Source of the DNA: Cyanophora paradoxa CCMP329
Lineage: Eukaryota > Plantae > Glaucophyta
Length of the DNA stretch: 64,000 nucleotides
Assembly (NCBI GenBank): GCA_004431415.1
Contig: QPMI01000095.1
Coordinates: 310,001-374,000, forward strand
Direction of reading: 5' to 3'
The notes beneath the pieces were generated by a model, which was not told the origin of the DNA, ran no database searches, and saw nothing but the letters and a program-made list of their open reading frames with translations. Below, in pieces: positions 24,039-34,597 of the stretch. Numbering within the stretch: the stretch's first letter is position 1; every line of letters starts with the position of its first letter. A program made the translations under genes and the position numbers.

Positions 24039-26977
24039 CTAGCGGGCGGAGAGAGGGGCGGGAGGGGCGGGGCCCGGGAGGGCGCCGAAGCCCGGGCTGC
24101 GGGGCCCGCCGGAGTGGGAGCGGTCGGTGAGGGGCCCGCCGGGGAGGAGGAGCGAGGGGCGACGGAAGGAGGGGGCGAAGAGGGAGGGGCGCGGGGGCGG
24201 GGCGCGGGGCGGGGGCTTGGCCTTGGGCTCGTGGCCTCGGAGGCGCCTGAGGAGCTCCTCCTCGTGGCGGCGGCGGGCGATGCGGCGCCAGAAGAGGACG
24301 ATGCCGATCATGCGGGTGACCATCCAGAAGTAGCGGTAGACCTGCTCCCGGCTCTGCATCGCCACCCGCTTCCGCTGCTCCCCCTCGTTGCGCGGCTCCT
24401 TCTTCTGCTCCCAGTAGCCCGGCCACACCCCCGGGTCGTAGTGCTCGTTCTGCCGCCCCGTCGGCCCCGGGCGCGGGGACGGCGGGGGCGGGGGGCGGGG
24501 GGCGGACGGAGGAGGCGGCCTCGGCGACGGCGAGGCGGCGGAGGGAGGCGATGCAGAGGGGCCGGACCTGGCGGAAGAAGTCCTCCACGCCCCGCGAGAG
24601 GATCCCCTTGTAGTCCACCTGCGCCACGTACACCACCTCGCACGACTCTGCGCACCCGTCGCACCCCACCCCGCCCCGCCAAGCCCGCCCCAGGGGGCCC
24701 CCGCACCGAAGCCGGGCCCCGGGCGGATACAGAAGCCCGAGGTGAGGAGCTCGCCGCGGATGTACTCCTTCAGGGGCGACACCCGGTCGTGCGTCACCGA
24801 GAAGCTCCCCACCAGCAGCTCCCCCTGCGGCCCCCGCCCCGCCCGTGAGGCCCCCGCCCCCCGCCCGCGCCGCGCCCCGCCGCACCGTGTGCGCGTCCTT
24901 CCGCCACGACGAGAGGAGGCAGAAGTCCCGGCACTTGTACCCTGCAGGGGCCGTCGGCACGCGCCGCTCGTACGCTCCGGGGGCGGGGGCAGGGCGGGGC
25001 GGACCGGGGTACATGAGGTGCTCGGCGAGGTAGGTGATGCGGTGGCGCTCGTCGAGCTGCGCCACTGTCGAGGCGAGGTCCACGAGCGGGTCCCACGCCT
25101 TGCGCCCTTCCGTCTCCCACAGCAGCCGGAAGAGCGTCGAGGGCGGGGCCTTGATGTGCCCCACCCCACGCACGATGTCCGGGGTGTTGGGGGCGGCGGC
25201 GGGCCCTGAGGGGCGGCGGCAGTAGACGCGGACGCCGTCCTTGAAAGTGACGAGCTTCCAGGCGGGGTCCCCCTCGTTGGCGACCTCCTCGGCGAGGCGC
25301 GCCAGCATCACGTCCGCCTGCTTCATCAGCTTGAACACGTTGTTCGCCCCGAGGCTCGACTGCGCGTGCGCCGCCGCCCCGCCCCGCTCCGCGCTGCGCT
25401 CCTGGTCGCGGGCGAGGAGCCACTGGATGATCTTGTCGCCCTCCTTGGCGTCGGCGGCGCTCGAGTAGGGGACGGCGTGCGCGGCCTCGCGCTCGAGGGC
25501 CGCCTCGGGGTCCCGGTGGCCGGCGGCGAGGGCGGCCGCCCAGCGGTGGAAGTCCCGCGCCGCCTTCTTCTGCGACCGCATGCACGCCGCGAAGACCCCC
25601 GCCTCGCCCACCACCGCCGCCTCCTGCCGCCCCCATCAGCGCCCCCGCCCCGGGGCGGGGCGGGGCGGGGGGGCGGGCCTCGAGGGCGCCGGTGTCGGGG
25701 TGCTGGACGAGGTGGGTGGAGAGGCCGGGGAGGGAGCCCTCGGCGGCGCGCAGGTCCACCCCGAGCACCCGCCCCACGTCCCCCGCCAGCAGCAGCACCG
25801 GCGCCGCCCCCGACGAGAGCCCCGCCCGCTTCTCCTTCACCACCACGTACCGCACCTCGCGCCCCGCGAACCTGCGCCCCGCGGCCCCCCCTCAGACGCC
25901 GAGACCCCGACCCAGGCCGAAGAAGAAGCTCGCACCGCGCAGACTGCACAGGCCGCGCCGCCGCCGCCGCCGCCGCCACGCTGCCCACCGCACCGCCGCC
26001 GCCGTGTCGCTCGCTGGGGCTCCGGGGCACGCTGCCGGCCTCACGGGGCCCGCCGGAGCTCTGGAGGAGGGCCCGGCGCACGGCCGCGCTCCCGGGGCGC
26101 GGCGACTGGGCGCCCGGCGGGCCAACCTCGGCCCCTCGGGGAGGGCGGCGAGCTGGGGCGCGGGGGGCCGGCGGGGCGGCGGGCGGTGGCGGGCGGGCGC
26201 CCGGCGGGGAGACCTCGCGGGAGGCCGGCCTGCCGGGGCCTTCCCCGCCCCGGCTGCTCAGCGCCCTCGGCGAGGACTCGGGCGCCCCCCGCGAGGAGCG
26301 CGCCGAGTTCGGCGGCCGCCCCGCGCGACGCGGCGAGCCCGCGGAGACCGTCCGCGGGGGCGGGTGGGGGTACGGGTGGAGCGGCGAGGGGGAGAAGGGG
26401 GAGTCCATGTCGGCGGGGGAGGCCCCGCGGCGCCAGATCTGGACCTCACCCGCGGTAGCTGGCCGCCGCGGCGCGCTGCTCGGCGGGCCGTGCATCTGCC
26501 GCACGGGCGACGGCGAGCGGCCGCGCTGGAAGACGTCCCACGCCACCATCAGCGCTGCGGCCCCCCGGCAGCGCCCGGCGCGAATCAGCACGGCGCCCCA
26601 CTCGGACACAGCGGCGCGCCGCTGCCGCCGACGACTTCTGACGCAAGACATAAGCAGCGCGCACGAAGAGACGTGACGTAAGCGTCTGCCAGCGCCTGGT
26701 GGATCCGCTTGGCCTCGAACTCTTGCATCCGCTGCCCCAGGTAGTCCGCCTTTTGAGGCTGCCGGGCGCTGGAATTCATCCCCTCGCTAGGGCCCGCTGA
26801 ATGGCCCCTCGGGGTCGACGGAGTCGAGGGTAACATGGAGCGCCGAGGTGAGCCAAAACCAGGCGGGGCCAGAGGGGGGACGAGCGGCGCCGGCGGAGGG
26901 GAGCGCTGCGGCGACTCGAGCACCAGCTGGTCGAGCTCCCGCATCGCTGCGCCCGGCGCTCGCGGGCTGCCGGTCAT
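24039..26977 (-). CDS. Bro-N-like domain + START domain protein, paralogue B
   Basis: S/P/R-rich N-terminus. Bro-N-like: VRYVVV...PVLLLAGDVGRVLG...VVGEAGVFAACMRSQKKAARDFHRWAAAL. START: WKLVTFKDGVRVY, VRGVGHIKAPPSTLF, RKAWDP, RDFCLL, SFSVTH..P..YIRG, SGFCIRP, VVYVAQVDYKG. Confidence 0.82.
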
Positions 26978-27284
26978 GCCTTGCGCTGCAGCTCGCTGCT
27001 ATCTTGGGCGCTTCGGGTTGACGGTCGGGTCTGATAAGCTTCAGAAAGAGCTGCTGAGCACGGAGCTGCAGACCTGCTGGATCTCTAGATCTGGTGGTTC
27101 TGCGCTTGTCTGCCGGTACCCCCCGCCCCTCCGGCCCCCCTCCCCGCAACAGCGTCGCTGCTGGAGTCAGCAGCTGGACTCAGCATATTAGCTCGCTGCC
27201 TTCCTGAGTGTGTCTATTGCTTTCTCTCTCTCTCTCTTTTTGGAGCCTGCAGCGGAGACGTGCGCGTACTCAGTATACGCAGCG

Positions 27285-28685
27285 ATGGGCGAGCTCGTCG
27301 TCGGAACCGTGCGCGGCTTGTTCCGCGTCTCGCTCAGCGGGGGCGCTCCGAGCGTCACGGCCGCCGGAGAGGTGTTGCGGGAAGCATGGATAAGCCACAT
27401 CGCCGTCGACGGCGGACAGACGCTTGCAGCGGTGATGAAGCTTGCGCGGGTCCACAGGATGTATGACCGCGCCACGTACGAGCTTGGCGCCAACGCCGGG
27501 CGGGAGGGACTTTATCTGGTTGAGGGAGGGTCGACGTCGAGCTCGAGTGAGAGGCGGCTGCTGGCGGGGGACGTGAAGGCGTGTGCCCTCTCGGCGGACC
27601 CGCGCTTCCCCGTGATGTACGCGGGCTTGGAGCCGGCGGCGGTGCAGCGGAGCGTCGACGGCGGCGCGACGTGGCAGAACCTCGAGGCGCTGCAACGGGT
27701 GCCGTCGCGGGGTCGCTGGACCTTCCCCGTCCCACCCCATCAACCCCACGTCCTAAGCCTCGATCTCCTTCCCACGTGGGACGCTGTACGTAACGCTGCG
27801 CCCTACCGTCCGCTGCCTGCACTTGGCTGCTGAAGCGGGCGGGGCCGGGGTGCGCAGAGCCAGGCGCCCGGGAAAGACCTCCTCGTGTGGCCTCCTCGAG
27901 CTCCTGCGGGGCTGGGCGCAACATCTGACGGCGGGAGCGCAGGTCGGCGTCGAAGTGGGCGGCGTCTTCCGATCGGGCAACGCTGGGGAGAGCTTCTCTG
28001 AGCACAACGGGCCTGCCATGCAGGGCAAGGAGGACGTGCACAGCTGCCGGCCCGACCCGCACCGCCCGGGCCGCTGGTACGCAGTGACGGGCTACGGCTT
28101 CTTCCGCACGGAGACGGCGGGAGAGCGCTGGGAGCGCGTCTCCACGGGCGGCGGCGGCTACTGCGTCGGTGCCGCCCCGCCCTGCCGCCCGCCCCCGCGC
28201 AGCCCGCACCCTCACGGGCCGGGACGGCAGGCCTCGCCGTGTGCCCCTCCGTGGAGGACACGGTGCACCGAGCCTGGCGCCGCCCCGCTCCGCCCCGGCG
28301 GCCGCTCACGCCGCGGGCAGCTGGCGGTGACCTCGGCGGACTCGCCTCCAGGCGTCGGCAACGCCGTGGTGTCGATCTCCCGCGACGGCGGGCGCTCCTT
28401 CAGGCGCGGGCGGGCGCCGGGGCGCGCCCGGCCTCCCCGGCATGCCGCTGATGGCGGCGGGCTGGCAGGGTGCTGGAGTGCGGGGAGCGGCTGGAGGCGA
28501 CGCCGGTGCCGCTGTGGGTGGGGGGGACGCTGGTGGTGGGGGCGATGGTGGGCGGCTCGCCCTCGCGGGGCGCGCTGCTGCGGGTGAGCGGGGACGGGGG
28601 GCGCCTGGAGCGCCTCTGCGAGCTCCCCGCCGGCGTCACCTGCCTCGCCGCCCGCGGCTCCTCCCCCAGCTCCGTCATGCACTAG
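27285..28685 (+). CDS. BNR/Asp-box repeat beta-propeller protein (prokaryote-like)
   Basis: MYAGLEPAAVQRSVDGGATWQNL...PSRGRWTFPVPPHQPHV, VGVEVGGVFRSGNAGESF, DVH...PDP, GFFRTETAGERW, ISRDGGRSF. Confidence 0.8.
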
Positions 28686-28981
28686 CACCCGCCCCGCCCC
28701 CCGCCCCAGCGCGCGCCCCCGCCCCCCATCAGCGTGGCCAGTTATTTCATTAGCCGCATGGATTCGGTGTGTGCGAATTTATTGGTCAGGCGGGGCCCTC
28801 GAGCTCGCCCCCGCCCCAAGCCCGCCCGTCGCGTACCAGGGATCTCTCGAGAGCGCTCGTTGAACCCTGTAACGTGTGCTGGGTCTACACTGCAGCTGGG
28901 TGCGATAGTACCGTTGAAAGAAAGGCATCAAAAAAAGCGGCGAGGCGGCAAAAGAAGGGGGCTAGCGGTGCACGGGGGGCG

Positions 28982-31900
28982 CTAGGAGAGGACGACGGTG
29001 CGGGTGAGGATGGAGGGCGGTGCGAAGGAGGGGGCGTCGGAGGCGGCGGAGGGGCGGCGGGAGAGGGGCCCCGGGGCGCGGCAGGCGGCGCAGAAGTCGA
29101 AGGCGACCTCGAGCTCGCAGGTCACGGGGCGGTGGCCCGACGTCCGCACCCCGCCCACCGAGCGGTAGCGCAGCGGCACGATGCCCGGCCCCTGCTGCAC
29201 CCCCTCTGGCGCCTCCCGGAAGGCGTAGAGCACGCGGTCCGTCCAGGCGGGGGTACGCTGCAGTTCAGAAACACGTAGCACAGTCATTAAGATGAATGAT
29301 ACGAGCTGATGATGACCGCACCTGCTTGGGCCCGGTGTCGTAGAGATCGGCCTCGAGGTCGAGCTTGTAGTTGGGGGGGAAAGCGATGGGGGCCTCGTGG
29401 AAGGAGGGGAAGGCGCGGCCGGCGCGCATCTCGGCGAGCAGCTGGTCGGCCTCGAGGAGCGCGCCCAGCGAGCCCGGCCGCTCCAGCAGCGCCAGGGCCT
29501 CCGCCCGCGACACCCCCGCCAGCCGGTAGTTCAGGTCCCCCAGCCACACCACCCGCTCGAAGCGCTCCGAGGCGCCTGCGGCGACCGAGGGCGCCGCAGC
29601 GCGCCAGGCCTCCATGCCGCCGTCGGCAGGGGAGGGCGCTGAGGAGCGGGGCGGGCTCAGCAGCGGCGCCGAGGCGGTGCGGGAGGCGGCGGAGAGCGGG
29701 TGCGGCGCCGCGCTCGGCGGCGGCGTGGAGCGGGCGGCGTACAGGGGCCCCGAGGGGGCGGAGCCGAGCTGCGAGCCGGGGGAGACGGCGGGGGAGGCGG
29801 CGGGGGGTGACAGGCGCGGGCCGCTGTACGCCGGCTCCGAGGCGAGGGGCCGCAGGAAGGGCGAGGAGGAGGGGCGCGCCGGGGTGGGGAGGTCGGAGGG
29901 GCTCAGGAGGGGCGGGGCCGGGGGCGCAAAGGAGGCGGAGCGGGCCGGGGTGTAGGAGGCGGGGCGGGCGGGGGTGTAGGTGGCGGGGGCGCCGGTGAGG
30001 GAGGAGGGCGTCGAGGCGCGCGACGAGGAGGCCGAGGCCGGCGACGAGGGCGGCGCCGAGCTCGAGAGCGAGGGGGCCGGGACGAGGGCGCGCAGGAGGG
30101 CCCCCTCGGGGCCCCCGGAGGCGGCGGGGCAGGGCCGCGGGGCGAGGGAGAGGGCGGCGTTGATGCGGTGGAACATCTGCCGGCGGGGGCGCGTCAGACG
30201 GGGCGGCCCCGGTCTCGGGGGGCTAGGGCGGGCGGGCCTCGTTGCGGGGCTCCGGGGCGGGCCCCGAGGCGAGGTACGAGCAGACGAAGAGGAGGGAGGT
30301 GCAGCCGAGGGAGCAGGCGACGGCCACCGCGCCCTTGGTGCCCACGCCCCCGGGGCCCGTCGGCACCTTCGCCGTCTGCACGTTCGCCACGTGCGCCGCC
30401 AGCGGGCGCCGGGCGAAGAGCTGCGGGGGGCTGAGGGGGGCGGGGCGGGGGCGGCGGGGCGCGGGGCGCGGACGGCGATGTGGCAGGAGGGGAGGGCCTC
30501 GCGGGCGACGAGGCGGTAGCGGTCGGGCCCGAGCTCGGCGAGGAGGCGCTGCTCCCACTGCTCCGCCCCGGGGCCCGAGACCATCGCCCGCGAGATCGTC
30601 CGGTGGCACTGCTCGCTGCCCACCACCACGAGGTCCGCCTCCTGCTCGCCCCGTCCCGGCAGCAGCGCGGCGAGGCTGCCGGGGGGCGGGCGCCCCTGGA
30701 GGTTCCACGTGCAGGCGAAGAGGCGGAGGCGGCGGGTGGGGAGGAGGAAGGCGAGGTCCTCCGCCCCCTCCCCGCCCGCCCCGCAGGCCCGCGGCGTGGC
30801 CCCCGGCGTCGACGCGGCGCTCCCCGAGGCGGGGGCGGGGAAGGGGGGCGGGGCGGGGGCCGGGGGGCGGGGCCAGAGGCGGCGGCGGCGCTGGGCCTGG
30901 AGGGGCCCGGCGAGCCACTCGAGGCGCTCGCGGAGGACGTCGAAGGAGGCGCGCTTCGCCGGGCTCCGCTTCAGGCACTTCTTCATCAGGTCCCGCAGCA
31001 GGTCCGGGCACGAGGCCGGCACCTCCGGCTTCCGCCGCTCCGTCACGACCTGCCGCCCCGCTCGCCCCGCGCGCGGCCACGGGGCGGGGGGGCGGGGGCG
31101 GGCCTTGTGGGCGATGGCGAGGGGCTGCATGCCCTCCCAGGGGTGGGAGCCAGTGAGGAGGAAGCGGAGGATGCAGCCGAAGGACCAGACGTCGGCCGTC
31201 GCGCTGATCTGCGACTCCCCCGCCAGGATCTCGGGGCTGCTGTACGCGTCCCCGAAGGGCGTGAAGTCGGGCGTCCCCGAGACCCGCGTCTTGATCTCCT
31301 TGGAGATCCCGAAGTCGGCTATCTTGGGCGCGTGCTCCGCGTCCACCAGGATGTTCCGCGGGTTCTGCCCCCGCGCCTTGGCCCCGCGCGCCGCCGCTCG
31401 CGCGGGGGCGGGGTGGGGCGGGGCGCACGAGGTCCCTGTGGACGATCTGGGGCTTGCGGGCGTGCAGGTAGGCCATCCCCGAGGCGATCCCGTGCGCGAT
31501 CCGCACCACCTGCCGCCCCGCTCCAGCCCGCCCCGCCCCAGCGGCCCCCCAGCGGCGCGGGGCGCGCACCTCGGGGAGGTCGAGCGCCCCGCGCCGCTTC
31601 ACGTAGTCCGAGAGCGAGCCGTTCGCGGCCAGCTCCATGCAGAGCATGACCTCTCCCTGCGGGCCACAGCTCCAGCCCAGGAACCGCACGACATTCGAAT
31701 GCGCCAAGGTCCGTAGCATCGCCGCCTCGCGCGCCAGCATCGTTCTCTCCTCCTCAGCGTTCCGAGCAAGGCGCCCGTGCGAGCACTTGACGGCAACTGC
31801 GCGCTGCGCTCGCACGGCCGCTTCACAGCCGCTCACGGCCCAAGGGGACCGCACCGCTCTCTCCTCTGTACACACTGCGATAGATGAGCCCAAAGCCACC

Positions 31901-32205
31901 TGAGCCGATGATGTTCTTCGGGTCCAGGGCGAGCTCGCTGACGGGAATCACTGCGGTATGGAGAGTCAGCGGGGCGGGAGTCGTGTTCGCGGCAGCATGC
32001 AGCGCTTTATGGCCCCAGCGCACTAGCGCTAACGACATGAGGCCTCGCGCATGCGCCGTTATGCAGCGCAGGGGTTGGGGGGCAGTTTAACCGGCGCACT
32101 TTCCTGCTCCAGCAGCGCAGGATGAAGCAGTGGCGGCGCTGGCGGTCCTGCTGAACCGCCAATGCCCGAGCCGGCGGCGGCAGGCCCGCCGCTGCTGGAC
32201 GGCAT
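28982..32205 (-). CDS. TKL-type protein kinase fused to an inositol polyphosphate 5-phosphatase domain
   Basis: Kinase: IGSGGFG, VAVK, IVHRDL|NPRNIL, KIADFG, SPE, DVWSFG. Phosphatase in the same reading frame: CTWNLQG, GTKGAV, WLGDLNYR, DQL, FHEAPIAFPPNYK, RTPAWTDRVL, SGHRPV. Confidence 0.88.
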
Positions 32206-32375
32206 GGCCTGGCCGTCTACCCCCTCTCCCGCCCCTCCCCCCTCCCGGCAACCGGCTCTGCGTCTGCAGTAAACGTGACAGTAGAATCCGCTGCGAGCAG
32301 TTTGCAGTAAACGTGTGGACGTCGTTTCGAACAGTCTCGACAGCCAGGAATTCAAACCACCGCTACACGCACGCC

Positions 32376-33737
32376 ATGCTGAAGTACTTGCAGCGCGGCA
32401 TCAAGGAAAGCGATAAGGTGAAGGACGTCAAGAGCAGCGATGCGAAAAGCGAGCCAAAGACGAGGTCCGACTTGCGACGGCTGATCCTGCGGTCACCCGC
32501 ATGGCGGGGGCGCTCCGCGGAGCTGCTTGGCGGTGCGATACATGTGCGGTGGCTTCAGCGTGCCTTTCGTTTCGTAACGCGTTGCGCAGGCGCTCGCTGG
32601 TTGCCGGACCTCACAACAAAGGAGCTCGTTGAAGTTGCCAAGCTGCTGGACATCGCTGTGCCGGCCGGATTCCTCAAAGCCGCGGGCAAGTCATCCGCGC
32701 GCGGAAGCGTGCGCGCGCTCAAGCGCGCGCCGCGCAGAGACGAAGACGTCGACCGGCAAGAAGGACGGTGGCGCGAAAGGCGGGAAGGCTGCCGCGGGCA
32801 ATGCGGGCAGCTCCAAAGGAGCCGTCAGCTCCAAAGCAGCCGCGGGCAGCTCCAAGGCTGGCGCAAGCAGCTCGAAGCAAACGAAAGAGCCGGCCAAGTC
32901 CGCGGGAGAGTCGAGCAAGGCCGCGGGAGGGAAGCGGAAGGCAGGGCGCCTAGCCCCTGGAACATACTGTGCGCGCCTCCGGCTGCCCGCTGTTGCTTGA
33001 CTGCGGAATAACAACATGGATCGACCGTAGGCATCGGCGGGTGCGGCCCCGAAAACAACTTCAGCAACGCCTTCGTGTACAAGATTCTTGACGTCTACAA
33101 GGAGACGGCCGAGGACGGGTCTGTCGAGGAGGTAGCGAAGTGCCTCTGGTTCCGAGTGCGCTCACGTCGTCGCCACATCGCCCCGGCCGCTCGCCGAGGG
33201 GGGTACGGTGCAGGAGCAGCAGGTGGAGGCAACGAAGGGGGAGGAGGGGACGCCGAGCAAGCGGAAAGGCAAGCGGAGCGGGAACGAGGAGGGGGACGAG
33301 GAGGACGAGGGGGCGTCGAACGACGTGGAGGGGACGCCCTCGAAGAAGGGCAAGGCGCGGACACGGACCCTCTTCGTCGGTGCGGCCGCCCCGCCCCGCC
33401 CCGCCCCGCCCCCGCCCGACGCCGGCGCGCAGCGGATCCCGAGACGCAAGTGGAGTGCCTGGACGCCCTCACGGAGATGGACGGAGTGCGAGAAGGTGAG
33501 GGCGCGCCCCCGGGAAGGGGTCCCGGCGGAGCCGGCGCCTAGCGGCGCGCAGGGGTGGACGAGGCGACGGGCCTGCCCGTGGCGCAGTTCAGCCGCAAGG
33601 CCTTCTACGAGCTCCTAAAGAATCTCAAGTCGAAGGTGCCGCCCCGCCTCCGCCCTCTCTCCGCGCCGCGGCGCACCGCAAACCCTCGAGCCCCCGCCCC
33701 GCAGCACGCCGCCCACCAGAAGAAGCAGAAGAGCTGA
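32376..33737 (+). CDS. Hypothetical K/S/G-rich, probably nuclear protein (multi-exon)
   Basis: Exons MLKYLQRGIKESDK..., WLPDLTTKELVEVAKLL, a GSSK-repeat linker, FVYKILDVYKE...AKCLWF, KRKGKR, FSRKAFYELLKNLKSK|HAAHQKKQKS*. No family recognised. Confidence 0.55.
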
Positions 33738-33937
33738 GGGCTCGTCTTCAAGCTTATCGTGTGAGGTCGATCCACCAGCTCTGTTCCCCGCCCCCCTGTC
33801 GCATTCGCCTTGCGTGTATCTCGCAGCACCAGTACGCTACATACCCTCGCGGGCGCCACGTGCACGCGGCTGGGCGCCCCCGTGCGGGTAGGCAGCCGGG
33901 CGGGCGGGAGCGCGCGATTGTAGATCCAGCAGACAAT

Positions 33938-34002
33938 GTAGGTCGGCTGGTTGGCCGCAGTGTAGGTCGGCTGGTTCACCTGCGGCCAACCAGCCGACCT
34001 AC
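33938..34002. repeat. Perfect 23-bp inverted repeat whose 19-nt loop holds a partial extra copy of one arm
   Basis: gtaggtcggctggttggccgcag (33938-33960) and ctgcggccaaccagccgacctac (33980-34002). The loop starts tgtaggtcggctggtt. Confidence 0.95.
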
Positions 34003-34427
34003 CTTACTGCCTATGCTGTCCGCGAGCCAATAGCCGAAGGTCAATCCGACGGCGGCCGAGGTGGCCTGCGAAGCGGATGAGAGCTTAGCTGTAGCTCTCG
34101 GGCGGCTGTGGCTTTTTGGCGCTATAGCTACAGCAGACCATGAAAAAGGGTGCGGCAATGAGCTTTCGGAAACTCCGCAGCAGACGCTGGAAGCATTCAG
34201 CAGCAGTCGGTAGTCGGCAATGAGCAGGGCAGCGGCAGTCGGCGGACCTTCTTCTTTGCGAGCTCGTGCAGCTCCGCGATCGCTTCCTCCTCGTCCTGAG
34301 CGATGCGTCACAGACGCACTGAGGCGCGCCGGTCGGTGGCGCCGGCAGTTCCGACCTCGATGTCAGCGTCGGAGTTCTCTTGGTCCTCCGCAGCTGGAGG
34401 AGGCGGCGCGGCGTTGGACGTACGCAT
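33976..34427 (-). CDS. Small 85-aa single-pass/tail-anchored membrane protein (4 exons; absent from the ORF track as a gene)
   Basis: Exons 34427-34356, 34295-34248, 34186-34139 and 34065-33976 are joined by three phase-0 GT-AG introns (60, 61, 73 nt): MRTSNAAPPPPAAEDQENSDADIE|DEEEAIAELHELAKKK|RLLRSFRKLIAAPFFM|ATSAAVGLTFGYWLADSIGSKVGRLVGRR*. Confidence 0.75.
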
Positions 34428-34597
34428 CTTAGGCGCGACTCAGGGACTCGTGGACTCCGATGACTTGGTGGGGGGGGGGGCCGGGGCGGGGGGGTAGAGC
34501 CCACGTCCGGGCTCGAGCTGCAGCCTAGGCTCGATCTGGGACTCCGGACTCCAAAGGGGCTCGAGCTAGCCGGGCTGGACACGGGCGGCGACTGACG

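Noticed and set aside
7699-32205. A cilium-related cluster (kinesin, CDK10, B9D1, INPP5E-like domain)
   Set aside because: The genes are interspersed with unrelated ones, and ciliary roles for three of the four are unproven here.
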